From NCBI GenBank assembly GCA_041690395.1, contig JAWLHJ010000001.1, positions 1 through 64,000 of the forward strand: 64,000 nt of DNA, given 5' to 3'. Shown here one piece after another: positions 9,327 through 17,507 of the stretch. Source of the DNA: Longimicrobiales bacterium. Lineage in GTDB: Bacteria; Gemmatimonadota; Gemmatimonadetes; Longimicrobiales; Gaopeijiaceae. Position numbers and translations under genes: made by a program. The notes beneath the pieces are model-generated. The model had not been told where the DNA came from. It saw nothing but the letters and a program-made list of their open reading frames with translations, and ran no database searches. The first letter of the stretch is position 1, and every line of letters starts with the position of its first letter.

Positions 9327-10771
9327 CGGTCCATCTCGGCCAGGATCTCGCGCCCGTGCCGCTCGAGTCGCTCGAGGGTCTCCCTCACGTCCGTCCAGGT
9401 GGTGGTGTGGTTCAGGATGCAGAAACGGAGCGCGTACGCTCCCTTGAGACGCGTCGAAGACATCATCGCGAACCCGGAGTCGACGACGCGCGCCTGGACA
9501 CGCTCGTTGAGACGCTCCACGACGGCGTCGGACGCTCCGCGGGGCGAGCGCACCCGGAAGCACACGACCCCCAGGGACGCGGGGTGGGCAAGCTCCAGCA
9601 CTTCCGAACCGCGCACGTACGCGGCGCACTGCTCGGCGAGATCCAGGGTTCGATCGATGGCGCGGCGGAACGCGCCCACCCCGAACGTCTGCACCGACAT
9701 CCAGACCTTGAGCGCGCGGAACGATCGTGTCAGCTGGAGGCCCCGGTCGCCGAAGTTCGGATTCTCGGTCCCCCAGTCCGCATCCTGGAGATACTCGGGA
9801 CGCACGGAGAACGCACGGTCCAGGGTCCGGACGTCCTTCACCATGAGGCATCCCGCCTCGAAGGGCTGGTAGAGCCACTTGTGCGCGTCCATCGCGATGG
9901 AGTCGGCACGCTCCAGGCCACGAAACAGCGCGCGCCCCCGCTCCGTCAGCACCGCGAAGCCCCCGTACGCGCCGTCCACGTGAAGCCAGATGCCGAGCTC
10001 CTCGGCCAGATCCGCGAGCTCGTCTATGGGATCGACGGAGCCGGTGTTGGTGGTGCCGGCGTTCGCGCAGATCGCGATGGGGTCGAGCCCGGCCTCACGG
10101 TCCCGTTCCACCGCCTTCGCCAGCGCTTCCATGTCGATGCGGAAGCGCTCGTCGGACGGGATCATGCGCACGTGCTCCGGCCGCACACCCACGATGCGGG
10201 CCGCGCGCACCAGGGCCGTATGGCTCTGGTCGCTCATGTACACGGTGGGCCGTGCCGGGGCCCCGGCGGCCTCCCGTGCGGCGACGAACGCGTCCAGGCT
10301 CGCCGCCGACCCCCCACTGGTGAAGAGTCCGCCGGCACCCTCCGGATATCCGATCCAGCCCCGGAACCAATCGATGACCGAGAGCTCCACCGTGCTGGGA
10401 CCGCTCGACCCCAACCACGTGCCCTGGAAGATGTTGAAGCCCGAGCCCAGAAAGTCCGCGAGCACGCCCGGCCAGGTCGCGCTCGAGGGCACGAACGCGA
10501 AGAAGCGCGGATGATCGACCCGGGCAGCGAAAGGCAGGACGTCGCGGACCGCCCGGTCGAGGACCTCCTCGGGCGGCCGACCCTCCTCAGGCGGCGGGCC
10601 GCCGAGCAGGGGGGCGAGCTCACCGCGCGGAGCGCCTCGCCACGCGGCCTCCCGGGGGAGCCCGTCCACCCGCGCCACGGTCAGCCGCGCCGCGCGCTCC
10701 GCCAGCTCGAGCATGTGCTCGGGGGACAGCGACAGCTCCGAGCGCGTTCCGTCTTCCCCGGATGCGGTCAT
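9323..10771 (-). CDS. group II PLP-dependent amino-acid decarboxylase (aromatic-L-amino-acid/DDC-like)
   Basis: HPRFFAFVP, FTSGGS, AGTTNTG, HVDGAYGG, and PLP lysine in DAHKWL. Confidence 0.9.
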   Translation of the reverse strand: MTASGEDGTRSELSLSPEHMLELAERAARLTVARVDGLPREAAWRGAPRGELAPLLGGPPPEEGRPPEEVLDRAVRDVLPFAARVDHPRFFAFVPSSATWPGVLADFLGSGFNIFQGTWLGSSGPSTVELSVIDWFRGWIGYPEGAGGLFTSGGSAASLDAFVAAREAAGAPARPTVYMSDQSHTALVRAARIVGVRPEHVRMIPSDERFRIDMEALAKAVERDREAGLDPIAICANAGTTNTGSVDPIDELADLAEELGIWLHVDGAYGGFAVLTERGRALFRGLERADSIAMDAHKWLYQPFEAGCLMVKDVRTLDRAFSVRPEYLQDADWGTENPNFGDRGLQLTRSFRALKVWMSVQTFGVGAFRRAIDRTLDLAEQCAAYVRGSEVLELAHPASLGVVCFRVRSPRGASDAVVERLNERVQARVVDSGFAMMSSTRLKGAYALRFCILNHTTTWTDVRETLERLERHGREILAEMDR

Positions 10772-10789
10772 CGGGGTAATCTTCCCGTC

Positions 10790-11107
10790 ATGTCAGCCAC
10801 TACCACTACCGGTAAAGGTGTCGTCTTCCGCGTGCTCGACGCGATGGACGCGCCCCACTCCGGACGCATTCTTCGGCTCAGGCTCCACTCGGGAGACGCG
10901 CCGTCCGTGAAGTCCCTCAAGGGGAGGGAGATGCTCGCCGTGTCCCCGGACGGGACCCGCTGCCGGATCCGCATCGACGGGTTCGCGGTGTTCGGCGGAA
11001 AGCCGAGCGACGACCGGCTCGCCCGCACGGGACGCGTGGACGTGCAGGTCGCCGAGCTGGACGAGAACGGTCCCGTCGGCCTCCGGTGGGAAGTCCGCCC
11101 GGCCTGA
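10790..11107 (+). CDS. hypothetical beta-rich protein (105 aa)
   Basis: ATG at 10790. Protein-like tail of the long + ORF fills the gap between minus-strand genes. Confidence 0.7.
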   Translation: MSATTTTGKGVVFRVLDAMDAPHSGRILRLRLHSGDAPSVKSLKGREMLAVSPDGTRCRIRIDGFAVFGGKPSDDRLARTGRVDVQVAELDENGPVGLRWEVRPA

Positions 11108-11132
11108 TCTTCCGCAGTCGTCTTCTCCGACC

Positions 11133-11873
11133 TCACTCCGACCGCAGGCCCGGAGGCTCGCGGCTGAAGGTGTCGAGGAACCACTCTCGGTAGGCGTCCG
11201 CCCGCCCGGGGTTCTCGCGGGCCCACTCTGCCCGTGAGGATGCGAACTCGTCGGGTCGGGCCGTGAAGACGAAGGCGTCCAGGTAGCCCGCATCCGCGGC
11301 GTACATGAGCTCGTCCAACGGGCCGTACGGGGCGGTGTCGAAGCTCGAGCGACCGAGCTTCCAGGCGTCCGCGCACCGCAGAAGGATGGCCCGCTCCAGC
11401 TCGTACCCGACGGCGTCGGGTGCTTCGGGAAGCCACTCCTCCTGTCTGCCCATGGTGCTCATGAGATGGAAGTGGGCGTAGAGCTCGTGCACGAGGCGAG
11501 TATCGGGCGACCGGACATCGACCTGGGCCCACACGGAATCGTTGGAGATGCGCAGCCCCTCCCAGACGTAGACGTCCTCCGTGACCGCCTCGCCGATGAC
11601 CCAGAAGCTCGGGTCCTCGACGATGTTCCGCTGCTGGCGGGTCACCCACTCGTTGACCACCTTCATGTGCTCGTGGTCGGCCACGATCCGCTCACCGGAA
11701 TAGACCACGATGGGCCTGGGCGGCGGAATCTCCGGACCGGACATGCTGCACGCGCCGGCCGCCACGACGACGGCCGCGACCCCGAGAAGCGAGCCCTGAC
11801 GCAGTCCTGGGCGTTTCCGGGCACCCGCGCGGGGTGCGTTTCGGCGAGTCGTTCGGATCGATAACCTTGACAC
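11133..11873 (-). CDS. hypothetical lipoprotein
   Basis: Arg-rich N-region, hydrophobic stretch and AAGAC lipobox. Contains an HELYAH motif. Start is uncertain. Confidence 0.7.
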   Translation of the reverse strand: MSRLSIRTTRRNAPRAGARKRPGLRQGSLLGVAAVVVAAGACSMSGPEIPPPRPIVVYSGERIVADHEHMKVVNEWVTRQQRNIVEDPSFWVIGEAVTEDVYVWEGLRISNDSVWAQVDVRSPDTRLVHELYAHFHLMSTMGRQEEWLPEAPDAVGYELERAILLRCADAWKLGRSSFDTAPYGPLDELMYAADAGYLDAFVFTARPDEFASSRAEWARENPGRADAYREWFLDTFSREPPGLRSE

Positions 11874-11985
11874 TGTGAGGTCCTTGGTCCGGAATTGGGG
11901 ACAACTGGAACCCTGCAACCGATGGAACCTGGACGTGCAGAGCACGCTGACTGACGATACACGCGAATTTCGCGCCCCTCAAACG

Positions 11986-12501
11986 ATGACCCCGAGCGAG
12001 CTCGGGGACAATCTCGCCCGTCTCGTATGGGAGAGCTTCTCCGACTTCGTCTCCCAGGAAGACGTCGAGACGCCGCTGCCCGACGTCGACACCCTGTATG
12101 ACGACGATGGTAGCGCGCATCGCACAGCCGAGGAAGCGCTCATCTTCTTCATGTGGGCCCACACGAGGGGCGCGCAGCTCGCGTTCCTGCGGCGTTCGCC
12201 CGACGAGCTGATCCGTGAAGGGCTCGACTCCATGCACCGGGCCGTCTTCGAGGACATGGTGCTCCACGGGACGCCGGAAGCTCAGATCCCGCTCTTCGAG
12301 CAACGCGTGAGCGCGCGGTACGCCGAGTACCACCAGGCGGCCGCCGAGTCGGACATCCGGCTCGGGGAGGCCGTCTCGCGCCACCTCACGGGTGCGAAGG
12401 GACGGCGCGCGATGACCGAGGCGATCAGGGAGCGGGCGGTCGCCGTCGCGAACCCGCTGAGGGACTTCCTGGAAGACGTGGAGCTGGTCGGAGAGGAGTG
12501 A
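11986..12501 (+). CDS. hypothetical helical protein
   Basis: Protein-like ORF with GC3 bias, filling the gap between genes. Start is uncertain. Confidence 0.65.
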   Translation: MTPSELGDNLARLVWESFSDFVSQEDVETPLPDVDTLYDDDGSAHRTAEEALIFFMWAHTRGAQLAFLRRSPDELIREGLDSMHRAVFEDMVLHGTPEAQIPLFEQRVSARYAEYHQAAAESDIRLGEAVSRHLTGAKGRRAMTEAIRERAVAVANPLRDFLEDVELVGEE

Positions 12502-12522
12502 GCCGGTGGGGCTGGCGGGCGC

Positions 12523-12762
12523 TCAGCGCCGCCAGCGCATCATCTCGAACGGGCTCCGGCAAGCGCGACACCAGTAGGTGCTCACCGAAGCGTGCGAGCC
12601 GAACGCGTTCATGATCTCCGTCTCGGTGCCCTCGCAGAACGGGCACTCCGGCGAATCCGGCATCGAGTCCGGGGACTCCTCCCGCCGTGCCGCCGCGTCG
12701 CTCGACCCCTCACGTGCTCCGGCCGGCACGCCCGGATCGCGGAACGGCGGCGTCTTGCTCAC
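12523..12762 (-). CDS. stand-alone PaaD-type zinc-ribbon protein
   Basis: CPFC...FGSHAS...YWCRACRSPFE resembles the C-terminal zinc ribbon of PaaD. Last gene of the paa-like operon, with a 4 bp overlap. Confidence 0.75.
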   Translation of the reverse strand: MSKTPPFRDPGVPAGAREGSSDAAARREESPDSMPDSPECPFCEGTETEIMNAFGSHASVSTYWCRACRSPFEMMRWRR

Positions 12763-13556
12763 TCGACCAGCAACGCGCGGTTGCGGTCCCCACGTGCGCG
12801 CTCGACGGTGTCTTCGTCCGGACGGCCGGGTCCCCGGCCGCGCCTCTCATCCCAGTCGAGGGACGCCGGCTGGACGGTGTCGACGTCCACCCCGCCGAGG
12901 GCCAGCACGTCACGCACGGCGTCCTCGAAGGACGCGACCAGATCGGAGCCGGGTTCGGTCACGCCGGCTTCCACCAGCAGGGCCGTCGGAGCGTCGTCCG
13001 CACCGAGCCACGCGAGCGCCTCGGGCAGGAACCGGTCGGTGGCCGCGCGCAACAGCGCCCTGGCCTCGTCTGACGAGCCCGCCAGACGACGGTACCAGGC
13101 CGCGCCCAGACTCGTATGGAACTCCTCCTCGGAGATCATCTTAGCGCACCGGCTCTGGGCGGGCTCGAAGGTGCCCCTCGCGAACGCGCCGATCGCCGTC
13201 CGCAGCGCGCCGTCGGCGATGACGATGGCCGCCACGGTCGCCGCCCAGTCGGGGAACTCGCTGTCGAGCGACGAGAGGTTCCGGTAATCCTCGGCCGGCC
13301 GCTCGTGCTCGATCGCGACCGGGTCGACGTCGAGCTCCTTCAGCATGGAGTAGAGCAGACGGGCGTGTCCCCACTCGTCCTGCGTCATCGACGACATCGC
13401 GATGCCGGTCTCGATCGTGGGCGCCCCGAGGTTCCAGTCGGAGTACCGGATGCCCAGCAGGCGCTTGCTGTCGGCGAGTCGGAGGATGTGGCGCTCAAGC
13501 GCCGAGCGGGTGTCGGCGTCGAGCGACGCGACGTCCAGCACGGTATCGGTGCTCAT
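12759..13556 (-). CDS. paaC: PaaC-like ferritin-fold subunit of a phenylacetyl-CoA-type epoxidase
   Basis: LADSKRLLG..W..GAPTIE...QDEWGHAR and EEEFH. Operon context. Confidence 0.8.
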   Translation of the reverse strand: MSTDTVLDVASLDADTRSALERHILRLADSKRLLGIRYSDWNLGAPTIETGIAMSSMTQDEWGHARLLYSMLKELDVDPVAIEHERPAEDYRNLSSLDSEFPDWAATVAAIVIADGALRTAIGAFARGTFEPAQSRCAKMISEEEFHTSLGAAWYRRLAGSSDEARALLRAATDRFLPEALAWLGADDAPTALLVEAGVTEPGSDLVASFEDAVRDVLALGGVDVDTVQPASLDWDERRGRGPGRPDEDTVERARGDRNRALLVE

Positions 13557-13777
13557 GACGCTCCTCCACGGGCCTTGGCGAACGGCCCCTCGGCCAGATT
13601 CACGGGAATGATCTCCGCGCGGGGAACGACGCACATCTCGAACCAGTTCTGCTCGGAGTAGGTCGTCCAGGCGTAGACCTTGGCGGTCTCGTCGTCCAGG
13701 GCGTCGACGTACCCGATGTGGGACAGAACGTCGCCTCGGTCCTTGCGTGCGAACACGTCGTATGTGATTTCCAGCAT
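13553..13777 (-). CDS. paaB: PaaB-like small subunit
   Basis: YDVFAR....HIGYVDA.DDETA...A...Y.....VVPR matches the PaaB pattern. Located between paaD-like and paaC-like genes. Confidence 0.75.
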   Translation of the reverse strand: MLEITYDVFARKDRGDVLSHIGYVDALDDETAKVYAWTTYSEQNWFEMCVVPRAEIIPVNLAEGPFAKARGGAS

Positions 13778-13792
13778 CTCTCTCTCGGTCGC

Positions 13793-14215
13793 TCAGGCGG
13801 TGACCCCGAACCGCTTCAGCTTCGCGCGGCCCTCGGGGGTGATCATCTTCGTGGTCCACGGTGGACTCCAGACCTCCTCGATCTCGACCCGGTCGACCCA
13901 GGGCTCCGGCTCGAGGCGGTCACGGATGTCCTCCCGGATGAACTCCATGCACGGGCACGCCGTGGCGGTGAAGGTCAGCTGGATCTTCACCACGCCGTCC
14001 TCGAGCTCGAGTCCGTAGATCAGCCCGAGGTCTACGAGGCTGATGGGCATCTCGGGGTCGAGCACTTCGCCGAGCGCGTCCCAGGTCGCCTGGAGCGCAT
14101 CGTCCGGGACCTCGTCGAGCGGGCCGGTCCACACGTCGCGGCCTCCGCTCTTGTGCGACGAAACCTCGATGGGCAGGCCCGCGTCACGGCCCGGCGCGAT
14201 GGGAAGGACGGTCAT
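13793..14215 (-). CDS. paaD: PaaD-like DUF59 metal-cluster assembly protein
   Basis: VLDPEMPISLVDLGLIY, TATACPC, WSPPWT. Confidence 0.8.
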   Translation of the reverse strand: MTVLPIAPGRDAGLPIEVSSHKSGGRDVWTGPLDEVPDDALQATWDALGEVLDPEMPISLVDLGLIYGLELEDGVVKIQLTFTATACPCMEFIREDIRDRLEPEPWVDRVEIEEVWSPPWTTKMITPEGRAKLKRFGVTA

Positions 14216-14226
14216 CGGATCCCGGC

Positions 14227-15177
14227 CTACGCGGCGCGGCCGTTCAACCAGCGATCGACCTCACCCCGGGAACGCTGGATCGACTCGACGTACGCCTCGT
14301 TCATGGGACCGCGGCCCTTCCAGCGCTCGAACACGGTATCCCAGGAGATCTCGCCCTCCTCGAACAGCCAGCGCTTCTCCTCCTCGCTGTACTGGCAGGG
14401 GAACGGGTAGTCGAGCACGTACTTGTTCTGTTCCTCGTCCCAGTGGGCGGGCGCGTCCAGGCCGAGCTCCTCGCAGAGCGGCACCGTGGACGCCATCCAC
14501 ACCTGGCGGAGCTGGTCGTTCGTGAGCCCCTTCAGCTTGTAGTCGAGCTGGCCGGAGTGACGCTTCATGTCATCGGGGAGCCCGAACCACTCGATGGTCA
14601 TCGGGAACATCCAGTCGACGGAGCGCTGGACCAGCTCACGCGCTTCGCCGCCCGCCTTGGCGAGACGGCGCATCCACACCTCGCCGTGGCGCAGGTGGAA
14701 CGTCTCCTCCATGGAGATCTTCACGAGGGCGCGCTTGAGCGGACCGTACGACGTGTTCTCGTGGACGTCCGTCAGCAGCGTGATGCCCGCGCGATCGAAG
14801 AACCCGGTGGCGACCACCAGCTCGGCCCAGTTGTCGAGGGGCTGGTCGAAGCCGTAGGGGTGCTTGAACTCGTGCGGCTGGCGCCCGTAGACGAGATGCT
14901 CCTTCGACTCACCGAGGTCCTCGAGCAGTCGATAGGCGATGTTCGCGTGGGCGAGCTCGTCCTGGATGATGGCGTGCGCCGCGACCTGCGTGTTGTTGGA
15001 CGGGGCGTAGCGGGCCGCCATCCAGTACGCGGGGGCGCTCATGAGCTCCGTGTCCGCCTGGACGGTGAGCTGGACCGTGAGCGCCTTCTTGTACCCCTCG
15101 GTCATCTCCTCGGGGCTCTCGACGATGTAACCGTCTTGGACCTTCTGGATGAGCTCTTCGTCGGTGAACTGGGTCAT
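14227..15177 (-). CDS. paaA: PaaA-like di-iron catalytic subunit
   Basis: MTEGYKKAL..Q...QADTE, QDELAH, SYGPL.RA...EETFH di-iron ligands. Confidence 0.85.
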   Translation of the reverse strand: MTQFTDEELIQKVQDGYIVESPEEMTEGYKKALTVQLTVQADTELMSAPAYWMAARYAPSNNTQVAAHAIIQDELAHANIAYRLLEDLGESKEHLVYGRQPHEFKHPYGFDQPLDNWAELVVATGFFDRAGITLLTDVHENTSYGPLKRALVKISMEETFHLRHGEVWMRRLAKAGGEARELVQRSVDWMFPMTIEWFGLPDDMKRHSGQLDYKLKGLTNDQLRQVWMASTVPLCEELGLDAPAHWDEEQNKYVLDYPFPCQYSEEEKRWLFEEGEISWDTVFERWKGRGPMNEAYVESIQRSRGEVDRWLNGRAA

Positions 15178-15330
15178 GATCGCCCTCTCTGGTATGACAC
15201 TTTCGCCTCGACAGACGAAAGAGTGTGATACGAATGTGCGGTGACGCGAGCTCTCCGGCAATCCCCCGTGGAACGCCAGCCACCGGATGAACCGGCCACG
15301 GCTGCCCCCGCGGAAGTACCTTGGACGCCG

Positions 15331-15630
15331 CTAGAGTCCCAGCGACGATCGGATGAGCGGCGGGATCCGCTCGGGCGTCCATGGCGGATCGAACGTGAGC
15401 TCGACATCCGCGGTCTCCACACCGTCGACGGCCAGGATCGCTTCCTTGGCCTGCTCGACGATCTCACCGGCGACGGGGCACATGGGCGAGGTCAGCGACA
15501 TGATCATCTTCACGTCGCCGCCGTCGACCTCGATGTCGTAGATGAGCCCGAGCACCACCAGGTCGATCCCCAGCTCGGGATCCTTGACGCCCTTCAGCGC
15601 CTTCTCAACGTCCTTCTCGGTGGCGGCCAT
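15331..15630 (-). CDS. DUF59 / SufT-like metal-sulfur cluster assembly factor
   Basis: VKDPELGIDLVVLGLIY, LTSPMCP, FDPPWTP. Confidence 0.88.
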   Translation of the reverse strand: MAATEKDVEKALKGVKDPELGIDLVVLGLIYDIEVDGGDVKMIMSLTSPMCPVAGEIVEQAKEAILAVDGVETADVELTFDPPWTPERIPPLIRSSLGL

Positions 15631-15694
15631 GTTTTCCTCTGTCTCGTTCTGGAAGGGTGTTGAAGGAGTGGGGCGGGCCGGACCCATGCTGCGC

Positions 15695-15810
15695 ACGGGT
15701 GCCCCGGGCGCGCCTCAGCCCCAGATCCTAGGCGGCACGACGACGGCATAGCAACGCGCTACGTCTAGGCGTGCCAACGACGGAGGTGGGGCTGTGCCGC
15801 CCCAACCCGT
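15695..15810. repeat. palindromic repeat unit homologous to the internal units of the 41.3 kb MITE
   Basis: The minus strand reads CGGGTT..GGCGGCAC..GTCGTTGGC..CCT..CGTAGC-loop-GCTATGC.GTCGTCG..CCGCCTA. This aligns by eye with 41490-41595. Confidence 0.75.
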
Positions 15811-16005
15811 AGGGCACGAGGGGGTTGCGGCATCGGACTGCGTCATGGCTCCTCCCCGATGTTATTACATCGCATTCGTCGCCCTTCCTTGCCCGATATC
15901 CGCAAGACCCTCGTGCGCGGCCCACCCCACTCCTTCAACACCCTTCCGGTGGTAGGGACCGTGAAGTACCGGCCCGCAGGACGAATGATCCGCCAACGGT
16001 CCGGG

Positions 16006-17418
16006 TCAGGACCCCTCCGACCCCTCCTCGCCGCTCTCCTCGGCGACGGCCGTATCGAACGCCGCGGCCGCTCTGGCCACGGCGTCCGAGCCCGACCGGG
16101 TGCCGGCTCCGTCGTCGGCGCCGGTACGTCCCACCAGGATCGCGGTCACCTCGAACACGCCGTCGAGTCCGGCATCGGACTCATCGACCCGCTCCGCGAG
16201 CTTGGCCAACCGCTCTTTCGCCCCCGGATACCTGCCCTTCGAGGCGAGAAACTTCCGGCCCACGATCACGGAGTCGCTCGGTCCTTCGCTGAACGCCAAC
16301 AGATGGTCGCCCGAGCCGAGCCGGATGCGCGTCGACCTGAACTCGAGGTCGTCGTCCGAGCCGAGGGCCGGCTCGTCGGGGATCAGGTCGTCGTGCGATC
16401 CGTCGGCGCGCACCACCGTTCCCGCGGCGCCACCGGCGCTGGCCCATTCGACCCCTTCGTCGGAGAGGGCCAGGAGGCCGCAGCTCACCGCCCCCGAGAT
16501 GCCGTCGACCCACCCCGCCCGCAGCCCCCGGTTCACACGGCTGAGCAGAGCGCCGAGACCGGGAACGGGGTCTGCCGCGAAGTCGCGCAGCAGCCCGCGC
16601 ACGGCGAGGAGTCGGTGGGCCGAGGACAGGCTGGACTGGTCCGTCTTCAAGACGGCCAGCGCGAGTCGTCCGTCCGAGAGGAGGAACCAGTCCCACACCG
16701 CCGAGCCCTCGCCGTCGTCCCTGGTGACGGTGACGCCCGCCAGGTCGTATCCGGATAGGCTCGGCGTGCCCCTCGGCAGCAGCCGGCTCCGGACCATGCG
16801 GTTGTACTCGGTGAGTGCCTCGCGCGGAGAGTCCTCCCGGGAAGCGTCCGCTGTCGTGACTTCCTTGTGCGTGAGACGCACCGACGTGGCCCAGAGGGCC
16901 TTGGACAGATTGCGGAGGAGTCGCGACGCGAGCGTCTCCGGACCCAGGGTCTCGAGGAAGGCTTCCCGCCCGATGCCGATCAGGTAGCTCGGCTCCGTGA
17001 CTCGCGCCGTGGCCGAGCGGGGCGCGTCGTTCAGGAGCGCCATCTCGCCGAAGGCCTGGCCGGTCCTGAGGACGGCCAGGCGTTCCGGCTCGTCCCCGGC
17101 ACCGTTCTTGGTCAACTCCACGGCGCCCCGCACGACGACGTAGAAGCGATCGCCGGCGTCTCCCTCCTCGAAGAGTCGGGTGTCGGTGTCGAGCACCACC
17201 GGCTCCGCGATCTCCTGGATCCGCTCGAAGTCCTCGTCGGCCAGACCCTCGAAGAGCTCCACGTCCTTCAGAGCCGCGCCGACCTGGGTGCGGGTTTCCC
17301 GGACCACGACCTCGGCGATCTCGGCCAGGGCCGCCTCGGAAACGCTGGCCAGGAGGGGGTTGGCCCGGAGCGACGCTATGACGTCGGCCGGGGCGGTGCC
17401 GATGGGTCCTGCATTCAT
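16006..17418 (-). CDS. cyclic-nucleotide-binding domain protein fused to a degenerate SpoIIE/PP2C-like domain
   Basis: CNB motifs LFEEGDAGDRFYVVVRG and FGEMALL...PRSAT. The C-terminal half has SpoIIE-type architecture (LLSRVNR.L, WASAG, L.SGDHLLAFSEG). Confidence 0.85.
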   Translation of the reverse strand: MNAGPIGTAPADVIASLRANPLLASVSEAALAEIAEVVVRETRTQVGAALKDVELFEGLADEDFERIQEIAEPVVLDTDTRLFEEGDAGDRFYVVVRGAVELTKNGAGDEPERLAVLRTGQAFGEMALLNDAPRSATARVTEPSYLIGIGREAFLETLGPETLASRLLRNLSKALWATSVRLTHKEVTTADASREDSPREALTEYNRMVRSRLLPRGTPSLSGYDLAGVTVTRDDGEGSAVWDWFLLSDGRLALAVLKTDQSSLSSAHRLLAVRGLLRDFAADPVPGLGALLSRVNRGLRAGWVDGISGAVSCGLLALSDEGVEWASAGGAAGTVVRADGSHDDLIPDEPALGSDDDLEFRSTRIRLGSGDHLLAFSEGPSDSVIVGRKFLASKGRYPGAKERLAKLAERVDESDAGLDGVFEVTAILVGRTGADDGAGTRSGSDAVARAAAAFDTAVAEESGEEGSEGS

Positions 17419-17507
17419 GGAAGGAAACTCCGTGGGTTCGATCTCGATGCCTGCGGGCGAGCGCCAATGTACATTGAAGGATACGCCGAGCCCCTCGCGG
17501 CTGCCAC

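Noticed and set aside
15224..15240. CRP-like site (TGTGA...) upstream of paaA
   Set aside because: Only one half-site is present. The second half reads TGTGC rather than TCACA.
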